64,000 nucleotides of DNA from an uncultured Pseudomonadales bacterium (GTDB taxonomy: Bacteria; Patescibacteriota; Microgenomatia; UBA1400; UBA12028), in assembly GCA_964635905.1 (NCBI GenBank), contig CAZWPK010000001.1:68894-132893 (forward strand). Direction: 5' to 3'. The notes beneath the pieces were generated by a model. The model was not told the DNA's origin. It ran no database searches and saw only the letters and a list, made by a program, of their open reading frames with translations. The position numbers and the translations under genes are program-made. Shown one piece after another: positions 27,554-42,500 of the stretch (the first letter of the stretch is position 1; each line of letters starts with the position of its first letter).

Positions 27554-30500
27554 TAGTTGATAATCCACCAGTTAAACTCCACATCCTTACTCAAGGCTTG
27601 GTCCAGCGTGACCGTAAACCCACCCACGGTAGTAGTTGTCTCGTCTTGACCTTGTTTGCCAGAGACATACAAGACTTGGTTATTCGTACTGCTCGTTGGT
27701 GTGATATAGATTAACGAGTCCGAGGACACTTGAGTGGTATAAATAATGACATCGGTTTGTCCTTGCTTCAAGACGGCTTTTCCAGTACTTGCGTTTGTTG
27801 CCGATCCACTCGCTGTGGTTGGGGCGCTCAAGGTCAGTTTAGCAAAAGTTGCAGATCCACTGGCATCAATAGAGGCAACTTCTGTCATCCCGCTCTTGAT
27901 GGCAAGTTTGCCACTTTCACTGGAAAGAACCCCACTCTCACTAGCCAGTTGAATCCCTAAAATCTTGGATTCCGGAGCAATCAAGGTTGTTGACAGTTGA
28001 CCCTGGACGGTCACGTCTTGGGTAAAGAGAGCGTCGGTTGTCACCACTAATCCACCTTCGCGATTAAGGGTGAGAGCCCCAGCTAACAGATCTAAGGTTC
28101 CAGTCCCGGTAGCTTGGACATAAAGGGTCGACTCGGTGTCGGAAATAAGATTAATCGAGTTTTTGTCAAATGCCATACTGCTTCCTACAATGAGGGCCGT
28201 ATTGATGTGAGCATTGGTGATACTGGCCGTGCCTTGGACGTTTAAGTATTCGTTAGCAAAAACCGCATCGGCCGAAATCAGATCCGCAGAACTGCTAGCC
28301 TCTGTATTCCAGTCGGCACTGTCGGAAAGCAGATCGGAGACAATCAATTTAATTTCTGGATTCAAACTCGCAAGCAATTCATCCTTTTGTTGTCCGGAGA
28401 TTGTGGAATCCTGAGCCAACAGGGATGAAATGGAAGCTTCTGCGGTAATTAGCCGATTTGCCATTTCGGTGATATTTTTAGCTGTCAAGTTTCCAGAGAT
28501 GGTGGCCTCGGCAGCCGTCAGAATTCCAGAGATGGAGGCTTCTCGAGTATCCACGCGCTCACTCTGGGAAACTAAGTATCCATTTTGTGCAATCGTATCG
28601 ATGACTAAGTTATGCAGACTCTTTCCCCCAACGGTTAACGTGTCTGTTTGAATCGACGAAGATTGAATAGTTCCAGCAATCAACGTGGTAAAGACATTAC
28701 TCGTAGACTCCACAATTTCGGAGAGGGAAGCGGCAATCGAACGAATCAGCGTTTTATTGGCTTCTGCTTCTGGATTACTGGCAAGTTGTGCTAATCCATC
28801 AGCAACCATTTGGCCTTGGTTATCCAGTGCCATCGTGGGATCAGCAAACGATGGATTCACATACACTAAGACGTCACGATCTCCAGAGCCTGGGGTCCAA
28901 GCTTCCAAGGCATATCCGATAATATAGCCTGGTTTATTGGCTTTGGTAGCGCGTCCCGATTGTGTCGAAGGTCGCAGCGGATCTCCGGGGCGAATGGAGC
29001 CTTCTTGATCGTCTAGTTTAACATCGAGCTGTCCAGTGAATCCAACCAAAGCATAACTGGCAGCAATTTGTTCATCGGTTTTCCCTTTAGGGTAGTTTCC
29101 AACAAAACCAGCGCGATTGGAGGTGATACCTAAGAGTTTGTCTCCGGACTGGAATCGACGCACTTTTCCAGTTTCATAGTTAATACCCACGACTTCATTA
29201 GTGGGCAGGTCGCCTTCCTTTTCAAAGTATTCTGCAAGGTCGGCACCCGTAGTTTGGAAGGCAGCTTCACCATAGACTGTTCCATCGGCTCGGACGCGGA
29301 AGACTGAAGCAGCATCAGAACGTGTTAAGGAATTGTACGCGGTAATTAAGTTGTAGGCAGTGGTAGATGATCCAGCCCCTTCAACAGTCAATACACCTGG
29401 ATCACCTTGGGCGCCAGCGGTTCCTACGTTGGTCATGGTGATCGCTCCCGTGTTTCCGTTACGCACCAATAATGAGATGGTATCCAGATCATTGGTGGTG
29501 ATAAATCCACCCGCCACATTAAGATCAGTGGCGGTTGTGCCGGTTACCGATGTGGAGGTGTTACTAACCACAAAGTTCCCCGTACCTGTTAGGTCGGCGA
29601 CGATATCGCCTCCATTGTAGGTGCGTAGAGTCAAGTCGTTACTCTCATAATTTTCTCCGGCTTCAATGTAGAGCGGAGCCTTGGACTTGATAGAAGATGT
29701 CGTTTGATTGGTAAACTGCAAATCATATGCCATTGAGACATCCCCAGGGGCATTAAAGGCGACTGGTAAGGCGGCAGTGATAGCAGTCTCAGAGACAGAG
29801 AAGAGAGATGAGGCCGTGTCAGCAACCGAGAACAAGTTGCCACTGGTACTGCCATTGGTGCCAATGTTGATTCGGAAGAGATCTCCAGTGGCAGACGTTG
29901 CCGATCCCGGACTCCAATCGAAGTTGGCTAAGAAACCGGAAGTAAAGGCTGTAGAGGTAGAGGCGAGGGAGAGACCGGTACCGGAGGAGAGGGCATTAAC
30001 GCTGAGCGCTAATCCAGTCCCTGTAGCCGTTGCAGACTGAATGAGCATACCGGAGGTACCAGCGGTGACTAATTCCAATCGATCATCAGTGGCTTCATCA
30101 TAGCCCAAGGTCCAATCTTGATCCAAGCCGAAAGCAATTCCATTGTCGTCACCCAAGAACAACTGCTCCCATTCCGCAGCTGCAGATCCTAGTGAATTTC
30201 CTTCGGCGGCGCCAGCTGTCAAGTTGGTGGCATTCAGGGCTAGTTCGGCAACAGAATTGATGTAGAAGGTAGCGGTATCTGCCGTGGCTTCTCCTAAATC
30301 GATGTTTTCACCACCTGCAGTGGTAATGTCACCACCGCCTACACTCAAATCTCCAGAGACTGCTGTGGTTGGTGCGGTAATGGTAACAGTTCCATCCGTA
30401 TCGTTATCAATTTTTTCTCCATTCGCAAAGGTGATATCTCCACCAACCCCTGAAAGTGTTAATCCTGTGGTCCCGGAAATGGTAGTATTTCCAGACAGCG

Positions 30501-33500
30501 TGAGATCTCCACCAGAGGGAGCGATGGTCAGATCCCCGTTCGTATCGGTGGTCAAGTCGGAGTAGGTAGACCCATCAGCATAGGTTAGTCGTAATTGAGA
30601 ACCGGAGGTAGCTAAGACATCGAGTTTTCCATCCGGTCCGGTGGTTCCGATTCCCACATTTCCAGAGGTGTTGATCGTTAAGAAGGCATTGGTACCTGGT
30701 GTTGTTCCATCACCAATCTGGAAAAGGTCGTCATCATCCGACCCTGCATCTTCTTGAACACCTAACCAGAAATCGGTATCGGTGGCTGTCTTCGTATCCA
30801 AAATAATGTTGGGATCTGCAGAGTTGATCACCACATCTCCGGTTCCTTGGAAATCAAAGACGGCATTTCCAGTTCCATAGGTTTGGAAGGAAAGGTTGTT
30901 GTTTTCAAATGATTCACCAGCTTGCAGAATCAATGGTCCATAAGACTTGATATAGGCTGCTGTTTGATTGGTAAAGAGGAGATCGTAGGCCATCGAGACA
31001 TCCCCAGCTGCCGTAAAGGAAGTTGGGAGATTTGCAGTGATTGCAGATTCTGAGACCGAGAAGAGGGAAGAACCAGTGTCTTCAATATCAAAGAGATTTC
31101 CAGTTGTTGTCCCATTCGTACCAATATTGATTCTAAAGAGATCTCCAGAGGCTGTTGTGGCTGATCCTGGACTCCAGTCCAAACTTGCAAGACTTCCGGA
31201 AGTTAAGGCTGTAGATGTAGAAGAGAGAGCCAAACCCGTTCCGGAGGAGAGGGCATTAAAGGTGGTGGCAAGACCAGTCCCTGTAGCTGTTGCAGACTGA
31301 ATTAGCATACCGGAGGTACCAGCGGTGACTAATTCCAATCGATCATCAGTGGCTTCATCATAGCCCAAGGTCCAATCTTGATCCAAGCCGAAAGCAATTC
31401 CATTGTCGTCACCCAAGAACAACTGCTCCCATTCCGCAGCTGCAGATCCTAGTGAATTTCCTTCGGCGGCGCCAGCTGTCAAGTTGGTGGCATTCAGGGC
31501 TAGTTCGGCAACAGAATTGATGTAGAAGGTAGCGGTATCTGCCGTGGCTTCTCCTAAATCGATGTTTTCACCACCTGCAGTGGTAATGTCACCACCGCCT
31601 ACACTCAAATCTCCAGAGACTGCTGTGGTTGGTGCGGTAATGGTAACAGTTCCATCCGTATCGTTATCAATCTTCTCACCGTTGGCAAAGGTGATGTCTC
31701 CACCAACTCCTGAAAGAGTTAATCCTGTGGTCCCCGATACAGTCAGGTTTCCAGCTGCGGTAATCGCGCCAGCAGTTAACGTCATGGAATCGGAGGCAAA
31801 GGCGAGAGTTGGATCGGTAGCACCTGCATCAAAGGTCCAGGTAAATCCAGATCCGGATCCATAGGTGGTAGTGCCAACTTCGGTAGAATCCCAGGCAATG
31901 TCATCGGCGTTAATATCAATCGCGGTTCCTTCACCGACATTCAAGGTCACATCGCCGGTGATTCCACCACCCGTTAATCCGGAGCCAGCGACTACACTGG
32001 TAATATCTCCACCGGATCCTGCGATCGCCGCATCCAGGTCATCGAGGACATCTTGCACGGTTGTCGAAGCGGAATTACCAAACTCATCAAAGACGCCAAC
32101 TAACGAAGCTCCAGAAGTAATATTGTCTGTTCCCACATCATTGAGGCCAATGGCACCGATGGTTAAGTCTCCACCGGTATTGATGGTGAGATTCACGACA
32201 TCCGAGACAGTACCGGTGTTAATATCGATACCATTAATTGTTTCAGCAGTTGCTGCGGTGATGGCTCCGGAGGCATCAACTTGGAAGGCGTTTGCGGTAC
32301 CAGAGATTAATGTTCCCGATACATCCAAGTTTCCAGTGATTCCAGTAGAACCAGCAGTAATGGTGAGGGCATCGGAGGCAAAGGCGAGTGTTGGGTCGGT
32401 AGCACCTGCATCAAAGGTCCAGGTGATTCCTGATCCACTTCCGAATGTGGTAGTTCCTAGTTCTGTGGAATCAAAAGTCACGGTGGGACTCCAGGCTTCT
32501 CCAGCGGAACCAGAGACATCGATGGCTGTTCCTTCCGTGAGTCCGGCGATATAATTCCCAGTGGTGTCGGTGCCGAGGGCAACCGAGTCTGAAGCAATGG
32601 TGAGTGCGGTTGTATTAGCTGCACCCAAAGTCGCAGTCACATCACCGGTGAAGGTGTGACCAGAGAGAAGTACCGTACCTGTTAAGTCAGGGAAGGTAAT
32701 GGTCTTGTCCGCACTCGTTGCATCGGCAACGGAGAAGTACGTTTCAATCGTGTTGGCAGTGGCCCCTTCAAAGATGAGTCCTGACACACCAAACTTGGAT
32801 TCATTCGCCGCGAGGGTGTGATCTCCAGATAATGCTGCAGTGAAATCGAAGGCGATGGCATCCGCAGCAACACTAATTCCGGTTCCCGCTCCAATGTTGA
32901 GTGTTAATGCTCCAACTGTTCCACCACCTGTGAGCCCTGATCCTGCAGTGACTCCAGTTGTTGCATACGTTGCCACGTTGTTGGAGTCTACCAGCGTTCC
33001 GGATCGTCCATCGAGGAGTAAGAGTTCTGCTGTAGAGAGAGTTCCACCAGTAACGGTGACATTGTTGGATCCTAATGCCAACGTTCCAGCTGCAGTGATT
33101 GTGCCAGCCGTGAGGGTCAGACTATTGTTACCAGCAGCGAGGGTGGGATCGGTTACTCCAGAGCCATTCAAGGTCCAGGTGAAGTCAGAACCGGATCCAT
33201 AGGTGGTTGTTCCAACTTCCGTCGAATCCCAAGCGATATCATCCGCGTTAATATCGATAGCCGTGCCTTCACCAATATTTAAAGTGACATCTCCAGATAC
33301 TCCTCCGCCTGTTAATCCTGAACCAGCAGTCACAGAGGAGATATCTCCCGCCAAAGCTGTAGTGATCGAGGCATCGAGGTCATCTAAGACATCTTGAACG
33401 GTTGTTGAGGCTGAGTTTGCGAATTCATCAAAAGTTCCAACCAAGGATGAACCAGAAGTAATATTGTCTGTTCCCACATCATTGAGGCCAATGGTTCCGA

Positions 33501-36500
33501 TGGTTAAGTCTCCACCGGCGTTAATGGTTAAGTTCACCACGTCACTGACGGTTCCCGTGGTGATATCAATGCCATTAATTGTTTCGTTGGTTGCAGCAGT
33601 GAGTGTCCCAGTTGTATTTAGGTTTCCGGAAGCATCAACTTGGAAGGCGTTTGCGGTGCCAGACGTCAGAGTACCCGAGACATCAAGATTTCCAGTGATT
33701 CCAGTAGAACCAGCCGTAATGGTGAGAGCATCCGAGGCAAAGGTAAGCGTAGGATCGGTAGCACCAACATCAAAGGTCCATACTACTCCAGAGCCGGATC
33801 CGAATGTTGTCGTTCCCAATTCCGTAGAGTCAAAGGTCACGGTGGGACTCCAACCTTCTCCCGGAGTTCCAGAAACATCGATAGCGGTGCCTTCGGTTAA
33901 GCCCGCGACATAATTACCCGTTGTATCAGTTCCTAAGGCTACAGAATCGGAGGAGATGGTGAGGGCGGTGGTGTTGGAGGCTCCAAGTGTAGCTGTGATG
34001 TCCCCAGTGAATGTATGACCGGATAAGAGAACGGTTCCTGAGAGGTCAGGGAAGGTAATGGTTTTGTCACTGGTGGTTGGATCCGTGACAGTGAAATAGG
34101 TTTCGATCGTGTTTGTGGTTGCTCCTTCAAAGATCAAGCCGGACTGACCAAACTTCGCGTTGTTGGCTGAGAGAGTGTGATCTCCAGAGAGGGCAGCGGT
34201 GAAATCAAAGGCAATATCATTCGCGTTCACAGCAATGCCGGTTCCAGCACCGATATCAAGGGTTAAGGCTCCGACGGTTCCACCCCCAGTTAAACCGGAT
34301 CCGGCAGTGACACCGGTTGTGGCATAGGTTGCCACATTGTTGGAGTCTACTAAGGTACCAGATCGACCATCGAGGAGCAATAATTCTGCTGTGGAAAGTG
34401 TTCCACCTGTAATCGTCAAATTGTTCGAGCCTAGAGCTAGAGTTCCTGCAGTGGTTATGGTTCCAGCAGTCAGTGTCATGGTGTCGGAGCCAAATGCGAT
34501 TGTTGGGTCGGTTGCACCCGCATCAAAGGTCCAGGTGATTCCTGATCCGGATCCATAGGTCGTTGTTCCCACTTCGGTAGAATCCCAGGCAATATCATCC
34601 GCATTAATATCAATCGCAGTTCCTTCTCCAACATTTAGGGTCACATCTCCAGAAACACCTCCTCCGGTCAACCCAGATCCCGCAGTTACCGATGAAATAT
34701 CTCCAGCTGCCCCAGCTGTGATGGCAGCATCTAAATCATCCAAGACATCTTGCACGGTGGTTGAGGCAGAGTTTCCGAATTCATCAAAAACACCAACTAA
34801 CGATGCACCAGAAGTAATGTTGTCGGAACCGACGTCATTTAATCCGATCGTTCCAATCGTTAAATCCCCACCCGCATTCACCGTAAGGTTGACGACATCC
34901 GTGACTGTCCCGGAAGAGATATCGATGCCATTGATGGTTTCTGCCGTGGCAGCGGTGATGGCTCCAGAGGCATCCACTTGGAAGGCATTTCCGGTTCCAG
35001 ATGTCAGTGTTCCAGAAATATCGAGGTTTCCGGCGATCGCGGTAGATCCAGCCGTGATCGTCAAAGCGTCAGATGCAAAAGCAAGCGTAGGATCGGTAGC
35101 TCCCACATCAAAGGTCCAGGTGATTCCTGATCCACTTCCGAATGTGGTCGTTCCCAATTCCGTAGAGTCAAAGGTCACGGTGGGGCTCCAAGCTTCTCCA
35201 GCAGTGCCTGAAATATCGATCGCAGTTCCTTCGGTAAGTCCTGCTACGTAGTTACCGGTTGTATCGGTACCTAGTGCCACGGAATCGGCCGCAATGGTCA
35301 GTGCGGTTGTGTTACTTGCTCCCAAGGTTGCAGTCACATCACCGGTGAAGGTATGTCCCGACAATAGTACTGTTCCTGACAAATCGGGGAGAGTAATGGT
35401 CTTGTCGGTTGTGGTTGGATCTGTAACTGCTAGGTAGGTTTCAATCGTGTTGGCAGTGGCACCTTCAAAGATGAGTCCTGATTGACCAAACTTGGATTCA
35501 GTGGCGGCTAGTGTGTGATCTCCAGAAAGAGCAGCAGTGAAGTCAAAGGCAATCGCGTCAGCGACAACACTAATTCCAGTTCCAGCACCAATATCCAACG
35601 TGACGTCTCCGCTTACTCCGCCGCCTGTTAATCCAGATCCAGCAGTCACGGAGGAGATATCTCCTGCAGAAGCTGTGGTGATGGCAGCATCTAAGTCGTC
35701 TAGAACATCTTGGACGGTTGTTGAAGCGGAATTACCGAATTCATCGAATACTCCAACCAAGGATGCACCGGAGGTAATATTATCTGTTCCGACGTCGTTC
35801 AAGCCAATAGCGCCGATCGTTAAGTCACCACCAGCATTTATCGTCAAGTTGACCACATCCGACACCGTTCCCGTGGTGATGTCGATCCCATTAATTGTTT
35901 CGTTGGTTGCAGCCGTTAATGTGCCTGTGGTGTTTACATTTCCCGAGGCATCAACTTGGAAGGCGTTCCCGGTTCCCGATGTGAGCGTTCCCGATACATC
36001 CAAGTTGCCTGCGACTGCTGTGGATCCAGCTGTGATGGTGAGGGCATCGGAGGCGAACGCTAAGGTAGGATCTGTCGCACCAACATCAAATGTCCAGGTT
36101 ACTCCAGAGCCAGATCCAAAAGTTGTTGTACCAAGTTCGGTAGAGTCGAACGTTACGGTGGGACTCCATGCTTCACCTGCGGAGCCAGAAATATCAATGG
36201 CAGTACCTTCGGTTAATCCTGCAACATAGTTTCCAGTGGTGTCTGTCCCTAGTGCTACAGAATCGGCGGCAATCGTTAACCCCGTCGAGTTATCAGAATC
36301 GAGTGTTGCGGTCACATCACCAGTAAATGTGTGGCCTGAGAGTAGTACAGTACCGGACAGATCAGGGAAGGTGATGGTTTTGTCAGAGGCTGTGGGATCG
36401 GTGATGGCAAAGTAGGTCTCAATCGTGTTCGCGGTTGCGCCTTCAAAGATCAAACCTGATACACCAAATTTGGATTCGTTGGCGGCCAGTGTGTGATCTC

Positions 36501-39500
36501 CAGATAATGCTGCAGTGAAATCAAAGGCGATCGCGTCAGCCGCTACACTGATTCCAGTTCCAGCACCAATGTTGAGTGTTAATGCGCCAACAGTCCCACC
36601 ACCGGTGAGTCCGGATCCTGCGGTAACTCCGGTGGTGGCATAGGTTGCCACATTGTTGGAGTCTACTAAGGTACCTGATCGACCATCGAGGAGCAATAAT
36701 TCTGCTGTGGAAAGTGTTCCACCCGTAACCGTCAGATTGTTGGATCCAAGAGCTAACGTTCCTGCTGCCGTAATGGTTCCTCCAGTGAGTGTGATGCTAT
36801 CGGAGGCAAAGGCAATCGTAGGATCGGTTGCCCCTGCATCGAATGTCCAGGTGATTCCCGATCCCGATCCAAAGGTCGTCGTTCCAACTTCCGTCGAATC
36901 CCAAGCGATATCATCCGCGTTAATATCGATAGCCGTGCCTTCACCAATATTTAAAGTGACATCTCCAGATACTCCTCCGCCTGTTAATCCTGAACCAGCA
37001 ACGACGGAGGTAATATCTCCAGCACCACCGATACCGGTAACATCGATCCAACTTAAGACTCCGGCGCCATCCGTAATCAAGACCTGGTTGGAACTTCCAT
37101 CGTTAGTTGGGAGGGTGTAGGTTACATCTTGGGTTTGGGTTCCAGTTTGGAACACGGTGGAATAGGCATTGTCACCATTGGAGATCAAAGCTAATTTTCC
37201 AGGGACGTTACTACTACCACTGCCAATGTCGGTTCCGATGGTGATTCCTGTTGCTCCGGCGACATGGAGTGCAGAGGAGGGTGTTTGGGTTCCAATTCCT
37301 ACGTTGGCGGCAATGATGTTGACCTCATCCGTCGCTTGATCATCAAACTCAATGCGTCCTGCAGAAGCACCCAATCCTAACCAGTCATCATCCGCAGTGG
37401 CATCGGTAAACACGTCGCCAGTTGCCATCGAACCGACAGTAGTGATGTCGCCAGTTCCAGCACCAATTCCAGTTACCGATTGCCAAGAGAGAACGCCACT
37501 CCCATTGGTAGTGAGCACATAATCACTGGTACCGTCATCCACGGGTAAGGTGAGGGAATAACTACCTGTTTGAGAGGCGCTTGGTTGGAGAGTCACTGAG
37601 TAATCGGTAGCTCCAAGTTCGTTGTAAACAACGATTGATCCGTCTGTTCCATTACTTCCAAAAGTTGCAGTTCCACCGTTCACCGCGAGTGTACCAGACG
37701 TAGAAATGTTTCCAGAACCATCAACTTGGAATGCATTAGCGGTTCCACTTGCTAATGTTCCTGAGACATCGAGATTTCCAGTAATCCCTGTTGAAGTTGC
37801 TGCAATGGTGAGCGCATCGGAGGCAAAGGTAAACGTCGGATCGGTGGCTCCGACATCAAAGGTCCAGACGACTCCAGATCCTGAACCGAACGTGGTTGTT
37901 CCCAGTTCGGTGGAATCAAAGGTCACGGTGGGACTCCAAGCTTCTCCGGCAGTTCCAGAAACATCGATGGCTGTGCCTTCGGTTAAGCCCGCGACATAAT
38001 TACCGGTTGTATCGGTACCTAGTGCCACGGAATCGGCTGCGATGGTGAGGGCGGTGGTGTTACTTGCCCCTAAGGTTGCAGTCACGTCGCCAGTGAACGT
38101 GTGGCCAGAGAGAAGTACCGTACCTGTGAGGTCAGGGAAGGTAATGGTCTTGTCTGCACTCGTTGCATCCGCAACCGAGAAATACGTTTCAATCGTATTG
38201 GCCGTCGCACCTTCAAAGATAAGCCCCGAGACACCAAACTTTGATTCGTTAGCGGCTAGTGTGTGATCTCCAGAAAGAGCAGCCGTGAAGTCAAAGGCAA
38301 TCGCGTCAGCGGCTACACTGATTCCCGTTCCCGCTCCGATATCCAGGGTGACGTCGCCGGAAGCTCCGCCGCCAGTGAGTCCTGATCCAGCCGTTACAGA
38401 AGAAATATCTCCAGCAGCTCCTGCGGTAATGGCGGCATCTAAATCATCCAAGACATCCTGAACGGTAGTGGAATTGGAATTGGTAAACTCATCAAAGACT
38501 CCAACCAGTGAGGAACCGGAGGTGATGTTTGTTGTACCCACATCGTTTAAGCCGATCGTTCCAATCGTTAAATCTCCACCGGCATTGACGGTGAGGTTGA
38601 CGACATCCGTAACAGTTCCGGTGTTGATATCAATCCCATTGATGGTTTCATCGGTGGCGGCACTGATGGTACTGGCTGTGACAATGGCACCAGCCGTTGA
38701 AATAGACCAATCATCCCCACCTGTTAACGCCAGCGTTGTAGAAGCGTTGTTGTTCCCAATCGTAATCACATCCGCAGCTGTACTGTTGGTTGCGATGTTA
38801 ACGGTATCTGCAGCAGAGGAGCTGACACCCGCAATATCGATCGTCTTTCCGGTGGTGTTGTCCCCGATGTTAATTCTCCCCGTTCCTTCAATCAAAATAT
38901 CATTGCGGACATCGGTGTTATTGGCGATGACAAAGTTATCGGCATCCACACTGATGTAATAATCTTCAGCTGCAGAAGTGGTGTCATTAAAATAGAGGGT
39001 AGGATCAGCCTGTTGGAATGAATGATCACTGGTCCACACAAAGGCATAGGCCTGATCAACGGCAACGCTATCCGTTGCAACGGTAATTCCATTTCCAGCT
39101 CCAACATCCAAGACTCCGGTAGTCAAGGTAAGTCCATTTCCGGCAGTGGTACTGGCCAGCTCTAGTGCGGCTGTCCATCCTTCCCCAGCAGTTCCGGTTA
39201 CGGTAATTCCATTGGTACCAGTGACGTTGGCGACATAATTTCCGGTTGTATCGGTACCTAGTGCCACGGAATCGGCTGCGATGGTGAGGGCGGTGGTGTT
39301 ACTTGCCCCTAAGGTTGCAGTCACGTCGCCAGTGAACGTGTGGCCAGAGAGAAGTACCGTACCTGTGAGGTCAGGGAAGGTAATGGTCTTGTCTGCACTC
39401 GTTGCATCCGCAACCGAGAAATACGTTTCAATCGTATTGGCCGTCGCACCTTCAAAGATAAGCCCCGAGACACCAAACTTTGATTCGTTAGCGGCTAGTG

Positions 39501-42500
39501 TGTGATCTCCAGAAAGAGCAGCCGTGAAGTCAAAGGCAATCGCGTCAGCGGCTACACTGATTCCCGTTCCCGCTCCGATATCCAGGGTGACGTCGCCGGA
39601 AGCTCCGCCGCCAGTGAGTCCTGATCCAGCCGTTACAGAAGAAATATCTCCAGCAGCTCCTGCGGTAATGGCGGCATCTAAATCATCCAACACATCCTGA
39701 ACAGTGGTTGACGCGGAGTTTCCAAATTCATCAAACACTCCAACTAGTGAGGCTCCGGAAGTAATGTTATCCGTTCCAACATCGTTCAAGCCAATCGTGC
39801 CAATGGTCAGATCTCCACCGGCATTGATGGTCAAATTCACCACATCCGAGACGGTACCGGTCGTAATATCAATGCCGTTAATCGTCTCATTGGTTGCAGC
39901 GGTGAGTGTCCCCGTGGTATTGAGGTTCCCTGATGCATCCACTTGGAAGGCGTTGGCAGTTCCAGAGTTGAATGTTCCGGAGACATCGAGGTTTCCTGTA
40001 ATTGCGGTAGCGCCTGCGGCAATGGTGAGTGCATCGGAAGCAAAGGTCAGGGTGGGATCGGTGGCACCAGAGCCATCGAAGGTCCAGGTGAAGTTCGAGT
40101 TCGCTCCAAAGATGGTGGTGCCGACTTCAGTCGAATCAAACGTGACGGTGGGACTCCATCCTTCACCTGCGGCACCGCTAATATCAATCGCAGTTCCTTC
40201 GGTGAGTCCGGCAACATAGTTCCCAACGGTCTGGGTACCTAAGTCAACGGCATTATTGGCAATCGAAATATTGGCTTCATTGGACGGTGAGGCGATCAAG
40301 GAAAATTCTGTGCCAAAATCCAAGGTATCCACGTTGGTGCCAACCGCAACATCATTATTCTCCACGTTGACCACGGCAAACGAAGCACCCGTATCGGATC
40401 CACATTCCCACAAACTGGTCGCATCATTCCATTTCAGAACTTGGCCATCCGAACACCCTTGGAGTAATCCAATGCGATCGGTGTCGACTTCTAGTCCCGA
40501 TGCAGATCCCGTGGATCCCGTACCATCGGCCGAAATCAATTGCAGGGCATCGGCATCCAAATATCCTGTGGCGGTTGTCAGCGTAACTGGTGTAGACCCA
40601 GCCAGCAATTGACCACTTACCAGGACGTTTCCACCGGAGAAGACAAATTGATCAGAGGTATTATAGGACAAACTACCAGTATCTCCAGTGGATGAATACA
40701 GCGACAGGGTTGCATCGGCAGTGGCGCCAGTCCCAATCCGAACCAGGTTACTTGCCACATTCACGGAAAAAGAAGAGGCTAGGGTAGAGCCACCAATCGC
40801 AACGTCATCCGTCGTGGCGGTAAGGTAGGAGAGGGTTCCGGAGTCTGTCCACTTGGAAGCACCCGATCCCATGGCAGAGTCAAAATCATCCAAGACGTCT
40901 TGAAGCGTCGTTGCATTGGAGTTATTAAATTCATCATACACACCAATCAAGGCTGCTCCGGAGGTGGTGTTACTGGAGCCGATGTCATTGAGTCCAATCC
41001 CGCCAATCGACAGATCTTGACCCGCTGTTAAGTTCAGAGAACCCGCACTGTTAATGGTTAACACGTCGGTTCCATCCGAAGCTTCGATCACAAAGTAGTT
41101 TGCAGTTTGGGTGCTGTTTCCTTGAATGAGGAATTGGATCTCATCGCTATCGCCATCAATGCCTAGTTTTGCTAAGTCGAGTGTCGAGCCAATAGTCAGA
41201 TCATCCGTGGTTGCGGTCAGATAGGTTACATCTCCACCATCCGTGAAGAGATTTAAGGATGCGCCATCGCCCCAACTGAAGCCACCGGTTGCAGAGTTAT
41301 AGGAGAGCAGCGCCCCATTAGCTGCGGTTCCAGAGACTTTGATATCGACAGCTGCGATACTGCCATCTTCTAACTCAGCGGAAGCAATCGAGGTCCCTAA
41401 ACTGGTTTGCAAGGATCCATTGGAGACTAAGAGTCCCGTGCCGGTCAAGTCCGTAAAGGAATCTCCATTCAGTGAGAGGGTACCAATCGTTGCCGTGGTG
41501 AGTTGGGCGTTGGGACCATACAAGGTGCCGTCCAATTCAATGTCCCCTGAAACGAATAAATCTCCGGCTGCGGAGTCAATACTTCCTGGAGTGGAATCTC
41601 CAATCAACACCGCTCCACCACCCGGATCAATGACAAGATCTCCCGGCGTTGAAAGCGTATTCCCCGCAATGGTTAAGTCTCCGCCTACGGTTGTGGTACT
41701 CGTGGCGGATCCAATGGTGATGAGCTGGGCAATCGACGGGAAGATGGAAGCGGATGTTACGGAGGTGAGCAACTGTCCACTTTCCAGGGTTAAGGAGCCA
41801 GCAATGGTTGCGTCTTTTGCCACACGGAAATTCTCATTGAGCACGGTATCAACGTTGAGCGAGAAGCGTGTGTACTCTAAGGCGGTGCTACCTAAGATAA
41901 CCGACGGCATCTGCACTGATTCCGGAGCTTTTTTGCCCAAAACGAGGAATCTAGGAGCTTGTAATCGAGGAAGACGGAAGCCTAAGGCAATCGTCTGTAG
42001 TTTTGCAAACTCCACACTGGGAGTACTCGTCACGATCAAGGACGAGAGAGCAAGTAGGGCAATACAACACACCGTTACCAAGGCTGGGCGCAGATCCGCA
42101 ATACTGAGGCTTGGAAACGACACCGTGGGGAGATGGAAAGAAGGTAGCCGTAAGGAGAGCTGCTTGTGCGTGGAAACGGAGTGGGTGATCGAGGACCTCT
42201 CAACGAGTGGTGCGGATACGATGGGTGTACTGGTGGTTGCCACTACAGTAGGGGTGACCGCCGTTTCGCCATAGGGAACGGAAGTGGAGACTGGGGCAGT
42301 ATATAACCCGCGTTCGATGGCTTTCTTGTGTTTCTTGAATTCCTGAAGTTGGAGATACGAATAGCGTCGGTGACCTCCCAAAGTTCGAAGCGGTTCTAAG
42401 ATTCCACGATCTTCCCAGCGTCGGAGAGTTTTTTCAGAAACTTTAAGGATCCTGGCGGCCTCTTGAATGGAAAGTGAGCTAGTATCGAAGTGATTTTCCG

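Noticed and set aside
29700-41000. CRISPR array or DGR template/variable repeats
   Set aside because: The repeats are long, in-frame coding modules without spacers. No cas gene or reverse transcriptase is present, and no adenine-specific mismatch pattern was noticed.
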